A stretch of DNA of 54,286 nt, filler included, from Porpidia crustulata (lineage: Eukaryota): the NCBI GenBank assembly GCA_964255105.1. It is 4 parts of 4 records of this genome, joined end to end, with 100 filler letters (N's around TTAATTAATTAA, not from the genome) between each part and the next. Parts side by side here need not be neighbours in the genome. Positions count along the whole stretch, not along the records: positions 1 to 13,511 come from CAXUWE010000437.1; 3 more parts are not named here. One strand, given 5' to 3'. The translations under genes were made by a program, and so were the position numbers. The notes under the pieces were generated by a model, which was given only the letters and a program-made list of their open reading frames with translations, was not told the origin of the DNA and made no database searches. Positions 1 through 12,622 of the stretch are shown here, one piece after another. Positions within the stretch are counted from its first letter, which is position 1, and every line of letters starts with the position of its first letter.

Positions 1-290
1 TTTTTATAATTTGTTACTTGTAGATAAACCAGTAAAGCTAATGTCGAACATAGTTTGAAATGCTATATTCGAATTGACAGTGAATATATTTTGCTCCTTT
101 TGTCTCGTTTGTCTCGCGGCAATGGGGCTTTAGATTACATGTCCGGGCGGAGGTGGTGCTGGGAATTCCGAGGCAGTGAGATTGATAGGAGCATCACTAG
201 GATCTAGATATTAGTGGTACACAGACTACGTATATAGAGTCGCAATGGCGAAGCAGGCTTAGCTAGTAGTCATCTATACACGGCTCCAGC

Positions 291-1374
291 ATGTCGCAAA
301 CACATATATCCTTACTTTCTCATACCCGCAACTCAGCGTCTCCTCACTGTATCTTGAAAAACGCATTCACAGGGCAAACCATCATCGTGACGGGTTCCAA
401 CAACCGACTTGGGTCTAGAGGCTGAGAGGCACTTCAGTCGGCTAGGCGCGAGCAAAGTCATGCTCGCGGTGAGGAACGTGGACGAGGGAGAAGCGGCGAA
501 GAAGTTCATCGAGGAAAGTACCAATAGCAGAAGCATCGTCAAGGTATGGCAGCTGGACCTTACAAGCTTTGAATCCGTCGAGTAGTTCGCTAGAAGGGCC
601 GGAATGCCCACAGCGAGTAGAAGTTTTACTGGAAAAGGCTGGTATGACCACCGCCAAATTCGCAATGGCCGGAGGGGACGAGTTGACTTTTATCACAAAT
701 GTTGTCGGCACCTTTTTGCTGGGCCTTCAATTTTCTCAAGCGTAGGGAGACCAGCTCAAAATATAATGTCCTCCCTGGACTTGTCATCGTCTCATCGGGT
801 CTGCATTTCATCACCCCTTTCAGAGGGGGAGGAAGCTCCGATTTTATAGAAAAATTAAGATCAAACAGACGGCGACCTTGGCCGATAGGTGAGCTGCCTC
901 TACGAACGGTAGACATCTTGTGAACCGATGATGCCCTCGCAGACATAATATTACCAAACTCCCGGAGATTGTCACAGTCCATGAGCTTGACAACCCTACT
1001 AACAAATCCTCAAAGCCGCCGGTGTTCATGAACAGTTTCACCTTTGGAGTCTGTCATACGGAATCTTGCGAGAGTCTAGCAGCATCCGGGCCTTTGCGGG
1101 CATAGCGGCTCTGTTCATTGCCCGCTCGACAGAGGTAGGCAGTAGGACGCTGATTGCTGATGCCGCCACAGATGAGACGCACGGGGACTACGTGGCTGAT
1201 TGTCATGTCTCGAGGTTCGTCACTTCAGACTGATGTCTTTATTAGCGGCTGACAGAGCATAGTGAGTCACCATTTGTGTTGAGCAAGAAAGGAACAGATA
1301 CACAAGAAAGAGTATAGTCAGAATAGTCGCAGAAGCTTAAGAACACCCAACCGGGAATCCTGAAGATCATGTGA
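291..1374 (+). pseudogene. Degenerate short-chain dehydrogenase/reductase (retinol-dehydrogenase-like SDR)
   Basis: Fragments in shifting frames read FTGQTIIVTGSN/LGLEAERHFSRLGASKVMLAVRNVDEGEAAKKFIEEST...VKVWQLDLTSFESVE*FARRA, LEKAGMTTAKFAMAGGDELTFITNVVGTFLLGL, IARSTEVGSRTLIADAATDETHGDYVADC and SPFVLSKKGTDTQERV*SE*SQKL. In-frame TAG at 583-585, further stops near the 3' end, and several frameshifts. Confidence 0.85.
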
Positions 1375-4240
1375 TAGAGACTGAGTGGCAAGAAGCTCCC
1401 AATACGATAGGGTATCCTTAGATCCTGTACGTTATAGACCGAAAGATAGGTATGTAGTAAGAAATGCTGAATCACATATCATGTGATCTGCAAAATTGAA
1501 AAGACCAACCCATACGTAGTACATAGTAAAATGACACCACGAGATTGTAACAAAGATCCAATGACCATAGCATAAGGTAGGCTTTGCTCTGTAGCTCTAG
1601 TTCAAAACCGGCGTAGAATAGCCGGTGAGAATGGCAAATCACGAGGCAATTTCCCAATCGTAACATCTTGGTGTACATCGCTGTACACCACACCGAGGGC
1701 TTGTGACACTCGTGACATTGATGACGCTGATGCCTTCCAGTGCTAAATGAATCGAAAGCCATGGAAAGCTGCAGAATTAACGGCGGCTGCAGTCGTATGA
1801 TCTCGATATGATAGATACTGGAATTGGTGGCCATGCAACACTTTCGTCTCAAGTCTCCGATGACGGATTAAGCCAGTCGCATAGCATACGAAACATCGAG
1901 GCGGTTGTCTACTGACGTGCTAAGCCTTTGTCATGGCAACAATGCTAGCACCTGCCGGCGAGTTACAGGAGATGCCTCAGGCTAACCTTGTATGCCCATG
2001 AGAAAGAGCCAATGCCTACTGCGGTCTTGCTTGGTCGCACTAATAACACTGCTGTACAAAGACAAGTATTCGGTTGCAAGCATTGACAGGGGCGCCTCCA
2101 CAATTTTGACAACAGGGTGTGGTAAAGCAAACCCTCGTTGGTTGATGGAGTGATGAGCCCAGACCTCTGAAAGCCCGTCGCCAGGCGAAACAAGAGCATG
2201 GAGGGCATGCCACAATGCGCCGCTGAAAAATATTCCGCTAGACCGCATCCCACCACGCTTCGGGTTGATCATCAAGATCATGGGGTATGAAATCGTATGA
2301 TAGGCGTAAGAGCCAGTTCAAGCTTTTTAATTTCTATCCGCAGTTTGTATGCATGATGGTAGTGTAATAACCATGGCATGCTCCCACGTCCCAAGTCCCA
2401 ACGTATTAGTCGTAGACGCCATCCAAAGCCATTGGTTCGTGCGGGAGCATACGTGGTTTCAAGGAACGGTACATATGTCAGCTGTACGTTCCGTAATCCG
2501 TGCCTGTCACAAAGGAGTTCGCCTGGTCTCCGCCTTGTTTGTCGCTCATGAGTACAGCAGGACTCGGGACGGATCTTCGTCATCGTCCAGTCAACTACGA
2601 GGCTGCTATGAGAGCATTCGGTGATCAAATAAACCCTTATCGCAGTGTATCATGGGCGGTGGAGAGTCCCAATTGAGTCCCGCAGCCCCAATTGGGATGA
2701 AAGAGATTTGTCTCAGGAGTCAAGTCCGGTTATAGCTGCCGATCAGATGATGTGTCCTATTCTATGTTCATGGCAAATCGAGTCCCTAGGATCTTCATGG
2801 ACTTGGTTAGAGTACTCATGCAGGTGCAGATGCCGCCATTTGGGCCACTTGGCTCGATAGAAAGTGCTGGAATCAGCGACTGTTATTTATTTATTTACGT
2901 CCACGTATTATTGATCATCCATGCGGTCTTGGCAGCGCTAAAGGGTCCCTCCGTCGTTTACTTGTCACCCTGTTATGTGCCAGCCAAGTCGAGCTAACCG
3001 TCGACCTTACCCCCCCAACTCCAAGGACAACTTGCTCTCTCTCTCCCCCCATCATCAATATCAACAACATGATCCTACTACAGCTCCCTAATTATCTGAA
3101 TTGACCAGACAATCACCATCTCTCTTCACCATCGGTCATTCACTATTGTGTCGCTGCTCTCCTCAGTTCCCTTTGTTTTGCCATTGTCGTCATCCAAGCC
3201 TCCTTCCGCATTCCTTAGCTGTCGCCTACAGCGACTCGCCGGTACCATCTTCGCCACCACCCCTTCAACTCGTCAATCATCAGTCCAGTCAAGCCCACTG
3301 GTATCTGGAGCTCTATTATACCTTTCGTGCTCTCAATATCTCAGTTACGACGGATCTATATTCCAGTTCGAGTTCCTGGTTGCCTCCTATGATCTCGACG
3401 GCAGTCTTCCTATGACTCGTACGAGAGGCGGGAGCCGAAAGCAATTGATCTAGCTTGACGCTCGCAACTCCACCGTTAATCTGCTGCTCTTTACCGGGGT
3501 TCTTGTTACTCGATCCTGGCTACCTCACCTTCTGCCACACGTTCACGTCAATAACAACAACCGTTGTCCGCCAATTCTCTTATTTCGGCCCTCTCCCGTC
3601 CCGTTCACGACTCTACGCAGCGAATTACATATATCCAGCAATATCTGTTGTCGACCTCCATCGACGTCCCTTCCTTCCGTCCTAGACCAATCCCGTTCTT
3701 CGCCCTCGTTCACGCCTTTTACACCTAGTCATCTATAATCAATACCGGCCTGTACCGTGGCTTCTTTGTCAATACACCGCTGGCCTCCTTTGAGCTGATC
3801 GATTCACCTTGACCAATTTATTTCCTACGCGTCCTAATCACCAAAAATATTCCTATCTGCATATGAGCCTCTGAAAATACGAGAAGGAGTTTCGTGGTGT
3901 TCATGAGTGAAGGGTGGAGGATTGTAGCCAGCGTTTGTGTTTCCGCATATGATACCTTGTTGCTTTACACTATAACATTACGACTCGTCAGCGTTTCCTA
4001 GTTCAACTCTCAACCCAACTCGTCTCCTTGTCGGACGAGTGCGACCAACATCGGACAATCTTAGGTTTCTGGTCAACCTAGCTTCAGCCTACCAGATCAT
4101 TCTTTGGAGCTCTATATTTCGACACCTTCCTGCCTCGTTGCCAGAAGTGTGCGCTTGCAAATTTCTAGGTCGACCGTTGTTTGCATTACTTTGATTTTAT
4201 TCCTCTATTTATCACTTCGGAATTTGGGGTTCGGAACGCC

Positions 4241-6151
4241 ATGGAGTGCATGAAAGACAGGTTTATCGAGGGTCTGGTTTTAGATGGGCGTTTCGAGTCA
4301 ATTTCTCCCCTCAACCATGGTTCTTTTGGCATGGTCTTCCTGGCGAAGGACCTCAATACCGGCAATCTTGTGGCAATCAAATGCTCTAGTAAGCCGGTAA
4401 CTTCCGACAACTCCTCAGTTCCATCAATCGACCCTAATTCGATCGAATTGGTTTGCCATCAACGACTCGAGTCTCATCCTAACATCGTCAAACTTATTCA
4501 TTCCTTCGAGACTGGTGCACACACCTATTTGGTCCTGGAATTCTGTTCCAAGGGTGACCTATATGAAGCGATTCGTCTCGGTCAAGGCCCACTGGAGACT
4601 GAGAACGTTCGAGAGTTCATGCTACAATTGGTTAGTGCTGTGGAGTTCATGCATTCCAAAGGACTTTACCATCGCGATATCAAGCCCGAGAACATCTTTC
4701 TCGCTCAGGATGGTTCCTTGAAACTCGGTGATTTCGGACTCGCCACCACCGAAGCTTGGTCCACCGATGTGTCTGTTGGTAGCGATCGATACATGTCACC
4801 AGAGCAGTACGATCCAACTGATAATGGTTACTCGCCTGCCAAGGCTGATACTTGGGCTGTCGGCATCTGCCTCTTGAACATACTCTTCTCTCGCAACCCT
4901 TTCGTTACGCCAACCGAGTCTGATGTCCTATTCGCCGACTTCGCTCGAGACAACCAGTCCCTCTTCGATATTTTCCCCAACATGTCTCAGGATACTTTCG
5001 AAGTACTTGTTCATGCTATGGCAATTGATCCAGCCAAGCGGTCCCTCAGCGCCGTTCGCGAAAGAATCCAGCAAGTTGTAAGCTTCACCACGGACGATGA
5101 GGTACTTGATGACTTCTGCAATGAAGGCCGTGAGGTAGTCACAGCTAGCGCCAACCGCGAGCCACTCCGGACTCCGTCAATCCAAAGTCCTCAAGTTGAT
5201 CAGGGTGGCGCGTTCCCATGGGCAAAAGCACTTCATATGAGCCCACAACGACGCCAACTTTCTGTTATACCAGACAACGAGAGCTACACGGAGGATTTAT
5301 TTCCTGCTTCCGAACGAGGCCGGGACTCGTGGTATTCTTTAGCTGGGCACAATTCATCTCTTGCATCCGGCTTAGATTCAACCTTTGCTACCTCAGTCAG
5401 ATCAATGGCGTTGCATCAGCCAGTACCTCGTAACACTCCACGCACTAATCCGGTTCCAGTTTCTACTTCGGTGCCAATCAAAGTGTCTAAGCCCTTGCCT
5501 GCGTTATCGTCGGTATTTGGAAAAAAGGACAACTCAGTTTCCAAAAGCTGGACTGATCTTTGGGACGAAGACGAGGAGGATTTCGTGGAGCATGAGAACG
5601 CGCTTGAACAGCGTCAGCAACATAACAGTCGAAGCTGGAGTATGGAAAGTAAGGACAACGACCCGACTCTTCGTCGCACTCCGTTGTCGGAGCTCAAAGT
5701 ATCTTCAGCTGGCAACTCAAGGACAAACAGTCCACGGCGTGAGAAGTCTAGCAATAATTTAGACGGTTCAGACGACATCAGTGAGGGCGAGCACTTCGTT
5801 TTCGAGGATCTCGCACCGCCAACCCCCCGCTACTCGCCCCCTTCGAAACGGACAATACTGGACAAATGGGCAGCCTTAGGCAATCGTCGCCGCGCTTTTC
5901 ATCAAACCACGGATGGAACTCCTGATCCTAAGAACAAGAAACGAGTCAATACTGGAAGCTGGCGGGAGGGTTTGGGGTTGAAAGCGTGGTCGGGAAACGT
6001 TGGATTTGGGGTATGGGACAAGAAGGAGAATGCGGGAAGTAAGGTTCAGGGTTGGCGCCGGGATACCCAGAAGCTGCGTTCTCAGGAGCGTGTTGCGGAG
6101 GACTCTGGCGACCATGAGTGGGTTGGGGGTTGGGATGACCTCCACTTGTAG
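4241..6151 (+). CDS. KSP1: Ser/Thr protein kinase, Ran1/Pat1 family, Ksp1-like
   Basis: Intronless ORF from ATG 4241 (the track starts at an upstream TTG). Motifs: HGSFGMVFLA, VAIK, HPNIVKL, YHRDIKPENI, DFG, GSDRYMSPE, D.WAVG, followed by a long disordered C-terminus. The Ksp1 subfamily call is from remembered similarity. Confidence 0.85.
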   Translation: MECMKDRFIEGLVLDGRFESISPLNHGSFGMVFLAKDLNTGNLVAIKCSSKPVTSDNSSVPSIDPNSIELVCHQRLESHPNIVKLIHSFETGAHTYLVLEFCSKGDLYEAIRLGQGPLETENVREFMLQLVSAVEFMHSKGLYHRDIKPENIFLAQDGSLKLGDFGLATTEAWSTDVSVGSDRYMSPEQYDPTDNGYSPAKADTWAVGICLLNILFSRNPFVTPTESDVLFADFARDNQSLFDIFPNMSQDTFEVLVHAMAIDPAKRSLSAVRERIQQVVSFTTDDEVLDDFCNEGREVVTASANREPLRTPSIQSPQVDQGGAFPWAKALHMSPQRRQLSVIPDNESYTEDLFPASERGRDSWYSLAGHNSSLASGLDSTFATSVRSMALHQPVPRNTPRTNPVPVSTSVPIKVSKPLPALSSVFGKKDNSVSKSWTDLWDEDEEDFVEHENALEQRQQHNSRSWSMESKDNDPTLRRTPLSELKVSSAGNSRTNSPRREKSSNNLDGSDDISEGEHFVFEDLAPPTPRYSPPSKRTILDKWAALGNRRRAFHQTTDGTPDPKNKKRVNTGSWREGLGLKAWSGNVGFGVWDKKENAGSKVQGWRRDTQKLRSQERVAEDSGDHEWVGGWDDLHL

Positions 6152-6532
6152 ATCTGGGCAACTGGACTTGACCGTGGCACGCGAGTGCCGCTGGGAGAGA
6201 AGAGATGCGCAGGCTACGCATGTTGTGTGCTAGTTTGCTAGTCAAATAGTAGAAGAATACACACATTTACCCACTCTAAAAACTTGCGTCGACTTCTGAG
6301 CATACATACAAGTCGTTTAAGAGTAAATGCCTATAATCTTGTTAATATTGACTTGAAATGACTGCTTCACGACACCATTGAAGTTCATAGAACCATTGTT
6401 CATCGAAGATCTTGGCTGTTCAAATATATTCGCCGAAAAAGGTGAAGCGAATTAGAAAAACTCGGTGTTCAACCCCACAACTAAGCCCCACCATCTATTT
6501 CCAATTGCCACGACAACCATAAACAAAGCACT

Positions 6533-8124
6533 ATGGCATCTCACGGAGAATACACGCTCTTGTGTTTGGAGAATCCTCTTCTTGGTGAGTGTGAAAAGGA
6601 TGTTTCTCACTTCCGGTAGCTGACACTGGATCCTATCAAGATATCCAAGGCCAAGGGTATGACGACGCCTCCGACATATCTCCAACACCGGATCCCCGAT
6701 TTGATCTTACAACTGACTTGTCTTCCAGAGATGAAGCTCTCCTTAAGAAATATGGCGTCAAGGCCAACGATGCCATCCTCGCAGAAGAGAAACATATGCC
6801 CCTCTATGAAGATCTTCTCCAGAACCATAACGCAAAGCTCATTGCCGGCGGTGCCGCGCAGAACACCGCTCGAGGCGCTCAGGTATCCGCTCCACATCTC
6901 TTGATGCCCCCTCGTCGAGTCCCTCATCTCCTTCCACTCCGGTTCAGTCCTACTCACTGACTCACCATGAATCCTAGTACATACTTCCTCCCAAATCCGT
7001 CCTCTACATCGGCTGCGTCGGCCAAGACAAATACGCTCAAACCCTGCGCGACGCCTGCGACGCCGCCGGCCTGCGCACCGAATACCTAGTTGATAGCAAG
7101 CACCCGACTGGCCGGTGCGGCGTCATTATCACAGGCCATAACAGGAGCATGGTCACAGCCCTGGATGCTGCCAACGAATACAAAATCGATCACTTGAAGA
7201 GTCCCGAGATTTGGAAGCTGGTCGAGCAAGCGAATGTCTACTACGTCGGTGGCTACCACTTGACCGTCTGCCCGGATGCCGCCCTGGCTTTGGCGAAAGA
7301 GGCAGCTGAGAAGAACAAGATCTACGTCCTCTCCTTAAGCGCGCCATTTATCCCGCAATTCTTCATGGATCCTTTGGCGAAGACGGCGCCCTATTGGGAC
7401 TACGTCATCGGCAATGAGACAGAGGCGAGGTCTTGGGCGGCGTCCCAGGATCTGAAGACGGAGGATGCAAAGGAGATTGCGGAGCATCTTGCGAAACTTG
7501 ACAAGGTCAACGAGAAGAGGAAGAGGGTCGTTGTGATTACACAAGGGACCGATGCAACTGTGGTAAAGGTGCAGGGGGAGAAGGTAAAGGAATTTGGCGT
7601 CAGGGCAATCAGCGAGGGCGAGATTTGCGATACCAATGGTGCTGGGTGAGTCATAACATCTTCTTTGTGATTGGAAATGAGATGGTAGGAGTGAGAAGGA
7701 AATGCGATAGTGCCAGACTTGGGGTTGTTGCGCACCGGAAACAACAAGGACATTTGTTAACTTACTCAATCCTCCAGTGACGCCTTCGCTGGCGGCTTTG
7801 TCGCCGGTATCGTCGAAGGGAAGCCTCTTGACCAGTGCGTCGACATGGGACACTGGCTCGCGAGCTTGAGCATCAAAGAATTGGGCCCACAGTATGTTAT
7901 TTTCATTTTACTAGTAAATTCGTTTAATTCGAGAGACCGCCACTGCAAATTAGAAGAACGGATAGAGAAATGTCATCCGAGCAATCTGTTACACCCTCCT
8001 CCCTCCATCCTTATTCTCGACTACTCCCTTCTCTCCACCTTCATCCTCCTCCCAGTAGCTAACGCAACATCTCAACCACAGATACCCCCACCCCAAACAA
8101 ACCTACCAATCCTCCACATCATAG
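6533..8124 (+). CDS. ADO1: Adenosine kinase (PfkB family), 6 exons
   Basis: Exons 6533-6584, 6641-6656, 6729-6882, 6978-7645, 7778-7891 and 8082-8124 splice in frame. Motifs: LENPLLDI, AGGAAQNTARG, TGRCGV, LSLSAPFI, GNETEA, ITQG, DTNGAGDAFAGGF. Confidence 0.95.
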
Positions 8125-8424
8125 AAACCGCATAGCGAAAAGCCGGCGTTTTGGGGGGTTTCAACAACTAGGTTTCAACAACTAAAAAGCGCCTTCGGAG
8201 ATTCCCTTAGGAAATCCCATGCATGCGGTTGGCGGTACGGATAGATACCCTGGTGGGAATTTCATCATCCACATATGGGTGGCCGGTTGGGATGATCAAC
8301 ATAGAGCTAGAAGCGTAGATAAACCCGCAACGAGTTAATATTCAACGTTCGTTTTACGCCGCTTTTCTTTCTGATACCATCGTGATGCCGTCGAGCTTTG
8401 CAGAACCTCTTGCACTTGTCATCA

Positions 8425-11285
8425 TCATCCCCCGCCCTGCCCATTTGGGGGTGTCAACACCGTCGCCGCTTCCCCCACCGCGCTTCTTCTCGGAGCGTCC
8501 CAGGAGCTGTCGGGGACGATGCTCGAGCTGTGGAAATCGCTAGCATCAATCTTGCTCATCGCGTTCCCAACCCCTCGTTTGGTCGACGGCCGCCCGATAA
8601 CGCCATAGTACCCATTTGGCGGCGGCGGCAAAGCCTGGTTCTTCGGGCGCTGAAAAGTGCTGATGCTGGGATCTGGGATACTGCTTGCGGTTGAGGTGAC
8701 AGAGTAAGTGTTTGCCGGCTGATGCTGGATGGCAAAGCCGTTCTGGGAGGTGCGAGGGGAATGGGTCGTCATGCGTATTGCGGTATTGGGGCGAATATGG
8801 GATTCTGCTTCGCCGAGTTGGGGTGCAAAAGGGGAGTTTAGGATGCTTGGGAGGTATGGGAGGGGTGGTGGGCTTTGGTGCTTGTGTTGTGGGGAATAAG
8901 AGCGTAAGTCGTTGACGAGGTCTCGGGCCGTTAGGGTTCCGATGAGGCCGTAGCTGGTGTCGTTGCCGGCGTCCTGGAGGAGGTCTTGGGCGGTTGCGGT
9001 ACCGATGAGGTCGTAGCTGGTGTCGTTACCTGCTGCTTTGGCTGGGGAGTCTTCGAAGGCGTCGTTGGCCGGCGTAGGGGAAAGGGAATCGACGAACTCG
9101 CTGCGGGACCCCTTCTGTTGTAGATCCTTACCTGCACCCTCCGAGCCCACCAAGGTATCTACCCAGTGGTGAGTGGTCGAGTCCGATACAGATGCCACCT
9201 CGGAAGCGGCCTCGCCGAGTGTAGATGCTGCGTTGGGTGGTATAGGATCCTTGGCTCGGGACACTGCTTGGTGTAGCCCGTCGGCGAATGACAAGTTTGC
9301 TTGTTGAATTTCTGGGCTTCCAGCGAGTTCTGATGTGCCTTCCTCGTGATAGGCAAATGTGAGAGTATCTAAAAGCTTGATTGGAGTACTCTGGAGGTCA
9401 TATTAGTTACTGTCATGTAGTTGCTCAGCTTCAACCTTACCTCATCCAATTGCAACTTGGCTCCATCCATCAAGATATCACGGATTCTGCCAAGTATTTC
9501 TACATCGCAATGATGGACTTTGACACCCTGGTCGTAATACCTTGGTTTCCTGGTGGCAGATATTTCATCATAATACCTCCTTATTCTGCATTCATGCTCA
9601 AGCGGTTTGAACCCTAAGACATCGACGTCCTCTTCAAGGATATACTCAATTTCCGGAAGATCTTCCACAGAAAATGTCGAGGCAAGTAAAGTCAGAGTAC
9701 TGGCGTAGTTCTTCCATAATTCTTTGATTTGCACGTTGAGTGAATGCTCATCGACTGGGGCAGCTAGGATCTCGGCACGAATGGCCAACCAAGAGCTGTA
9801 ATGCCGAAGACCGGGTAAGACACGACGAATCACGGCAGTGATTCTGGCCGATGTGTTGGTGGGCAAGCCGTTGTCTCCAGAGGCTTCTTCTTCTGCTCCA
9901 GTAAGACACCCAAGCTCTCGTTGAAGGGCCTGGAGAAGAGTAGTAAACGTTCTTACATTCAGCCGCAGGAAGAAGAAGAACGATTGCTTGCACTTAACAG
10001 AATTTGGAGCATCTGGATCGTTTCAGTCAGTGGACTTGCCAGGCAGAGAGGAATCCAGTCACTTACCAAACAGCCGATTGACAGCAAAACTCTCGGCAGC
10101 GAGATTGATGACAATCAGCTTGCAGAGAATACCCTCCAGCGGCCGCTCTTTCAAGCCAACCGCGAGCTGGCTAAGTATCTCATTCTCAACCTCGTCATGT
10201 TCAGCAAAATCAACACCATTATAGCAGCGTGCGTGGAGACGCATGTAGCAGCCCACCAAGGCCTTTCCAGGTCCCTGGCCATTGGCAATTGTTTCATCTT
10301 TGTCCCAAGCTTCATGAATTTTCCTAAATTCAAGCTCCAGGTTACCTTGTGCAGCCGGATGAGGTTCTTCCACAGCCAGAGCGCGGTAGAGATGATATAT
10401 TGCGTCTAAGTGATTGACGTCCGTCCGTGCAATAACCGCTAGCTGGTTATGAGAAGCTCCAGAGGCCGGTAATATATCTCCAGCGAGAACATAATAGCCT
10501 ATAGCTGGGGCCCAGTTATGCTCCTTACCTACTACTTCTGTCTCACGGTACCTTGAGAGGTCACCTAACCGTACCAATGTCCGATGGCAAGATGTCAGTA
10601 CAGCATTACCGAGATCATTGGAGGGCGTCAGTTGACTACTGGTGGACAGAGCTATCACGGTTTAAACAACTTTTCCATCACATCGTCAAAGTAGATAACG
10701 TACAGTCCAAGCTTAATTTGCTGGCAACTGCTCTTAGTCCGGGGATTCCGTCGTATGTCGAGTCCAGTCTTTGAATGTATTTACGGTAGAATCGTTGGCT
10801 TGACTTGATGAAATCCAGGTAGTGCTTGATCACTTTGCGATGCTCTACCAGCTTCTTTTTACCTGATCCCGTACGGAACTACAAAGTAGATACGTAAGTT
10901 TTCGGAGAATCCGAGATTCCCTCAAAGTGAAACGAACTGTACTTAGCTGCTTGCGAAAACGAGCGTTGATTTTGACATGAGCGTTCCAGAGCCTGTTCTC
11001 TACGTCCTTGCTCAAAGCAAATTCGAAGTCTTGTAGTATGAGATCTTCACATAGCGTACGGTATCTTTCGCGAGGTTATGAGAGCTTCCAGCTAAGCAGG
11101 AGGGAACCTACTGGGCAATTTGATGATCTATGTCCCTAAATGTAGGATCTTTCTCTGCCAAAGTGGCATGAAGCTCTTTCTCTGCTCGCTGAGCCCACCT
11201 ATATGTTCTATGTAAGCATCTGCTGCCAAGGAATCCGACGTTTTGGGGAGACAAACTTCCAGCTTTGCTCATTCAGATCAGCCAT
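8425..11285 (-). CDS. Est1/SMG7/Ebs1-like DNA/RNA-binding (14-3-3-like TPR) protein, multi-exon
   Basis: Starts MADLNEQSW at 11285. The exon at about 10059-10658 carries CHRTLVRLGDLSRYRE...AIGYY...P.SGASHNQLAVIA...AIYHLYRAL....PHP.A.GNL..EF, typical of the Est1 DNA/RNA-binding domain. LEEDVDVLGF lies downstream, then a low-complexity C-terminus. Internal exon boundaries are approximate. Confidence 0.85.
8917..9033 (-). repeat. 63-bp (21-codon) tandem duplication within the Est1-like CDS
   Basis: Two copies, 8917-8970 and 8980-9033, encoding AGNDTSYDLIGTATAQDL and AGNDTSYGLIGTLTARDL. Confidence 0.85.
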
Positions 11286-11737
11286 ATCATTTGTAATATA
11301 TTTTCCAAGCTTCAGGTGACCCCACTGTCAGCTCGATAGTCAGATAGGTGGATGAAGCTCCAAGGAAACGTCTGCGCTGAACAGGTCCATTGGCGGAGGT
11401 CAGCAGTCTTTAGCTTTGAATGAGTCGGGTGCAGCTTTTCAGTTAGACGATACTAGTTGCTGGAGGTTGCTCTGCGTCAGAAGTCATGCCTCCCAGGACG
11501 CTTGTCGGCGCTGTGTCACATCTTGGAGGGGTGACGATGGATCTGGCCGAGTGTCGCCAAGCGATAGAGGGTCAGTGTTTTCTATAACACTTCACCCTGC
11601 CATACTGACACATTGGGGTCCAACAACTGATAAGGAAGAGAGGAATGAGGGTTTTTTGGATGGTGGGGAGATGAATATGTACAGATGAGAAGATAAAGCC
11701 TTTAGCAAGTATATTTCTCACCGCTACACTGCACACA

Positions 11738-12622
11738 ATGCCCAAGCGCTCACGAGAAGACTCTCCAACCCCACCTCCATCAACAGCATCAACACCGTCC
11801 GCATCCTCGCCCGCCTCTACCAACACACATGCTCGCTCATCTAGAGCCTCTGCAGAGCCATCTACGCATTCCAACAAATACATACAGACCTCCGAAGAAC
11901 TTCCTAAAGCCAGAACGATAATGAAATGCTCTCTGCCCCCCCACCCTGAGACATTGGCATTCCCAACCTTCGAGGATTATGAAATCCACTACGCAAAAGT
12001 CCACGCAAACCGCTGCTCAGAGTGCCGTAGAAATTTCCCCACCGAGCGTTTCTTAGGGCTACATATCAGCGAGAACCATGACCCGCTAGAGGAAGCCAGG
12101 AGGGCAAAGGAAGAGAAGACGGCAAGCCGCCAGAACTCTTGAACCATCATGATGAGATCCTAACCGCGCTTCCAGTACCGATGCTTTGTCGAAGACTGCG
12201 ACAAAATTTGCTCCACCCCGCACAAACGCCGCATGCACCTCACCGACAAGCACATGTTCCCCAAAAACTACGACTTCCAGATCGTGAACACGGGGATCGA
12301 CAAACGTAGCTCAATGCTCCGCACGCGCTACCGCAGAGGGAGCTCTGCCGCTTCGAGAGCTTTGCACCGAGACCAGCATCCCAAGAAAGCGCCCAGCCCC
12401 AAAATTATCGAAAGCCCGTCCGATGCGTCAGAGCCTCCAGCTTCTAGCCCAGAAGCAGGGAGCCCTGTGGAAGCTCGCTCCTCAGAAGCTTCTACGAAGT
12501 CGCTGAAGTCGCCAGTCGCAGACATTGATGATCTCACATCCAGCATGTCAGCTCTCAAGTTTGTGCCCCCAAGTGTACGCTTTGGGCGCGGAGGGCGAAG
12601 AGGCGGTCTTAGTCGCACTTAA
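11738..12622 (+). CDS. C2H2 zinc-finger protein (ZNF511-like), 2 exons with a GC-AG intron
   Basis: Exon 1 (11738-12121): CSLPPH...YEIHYAKVH, CSECRRNFPTERFLGLHISENHDP. Intron 12122-12175. Exon 2: YRCFVEDCDKICSTPHKRRMHLTDKHMFP...LKFVPPSVRFGRG. Confidence 0.88.

Noticed and set aside
1400..3000. Cluster of short ORFs on both strands
   Set aside because: No recognisable family or codon bias; treated as intergenic.
8144..8193. Short direct repeat GGTTTCAACAACTA x2 inside a weak inverted repeat
   Set aside because: Local slippage duplication in a 3' UTR; too short for a mobile element or CRISPR-like array.
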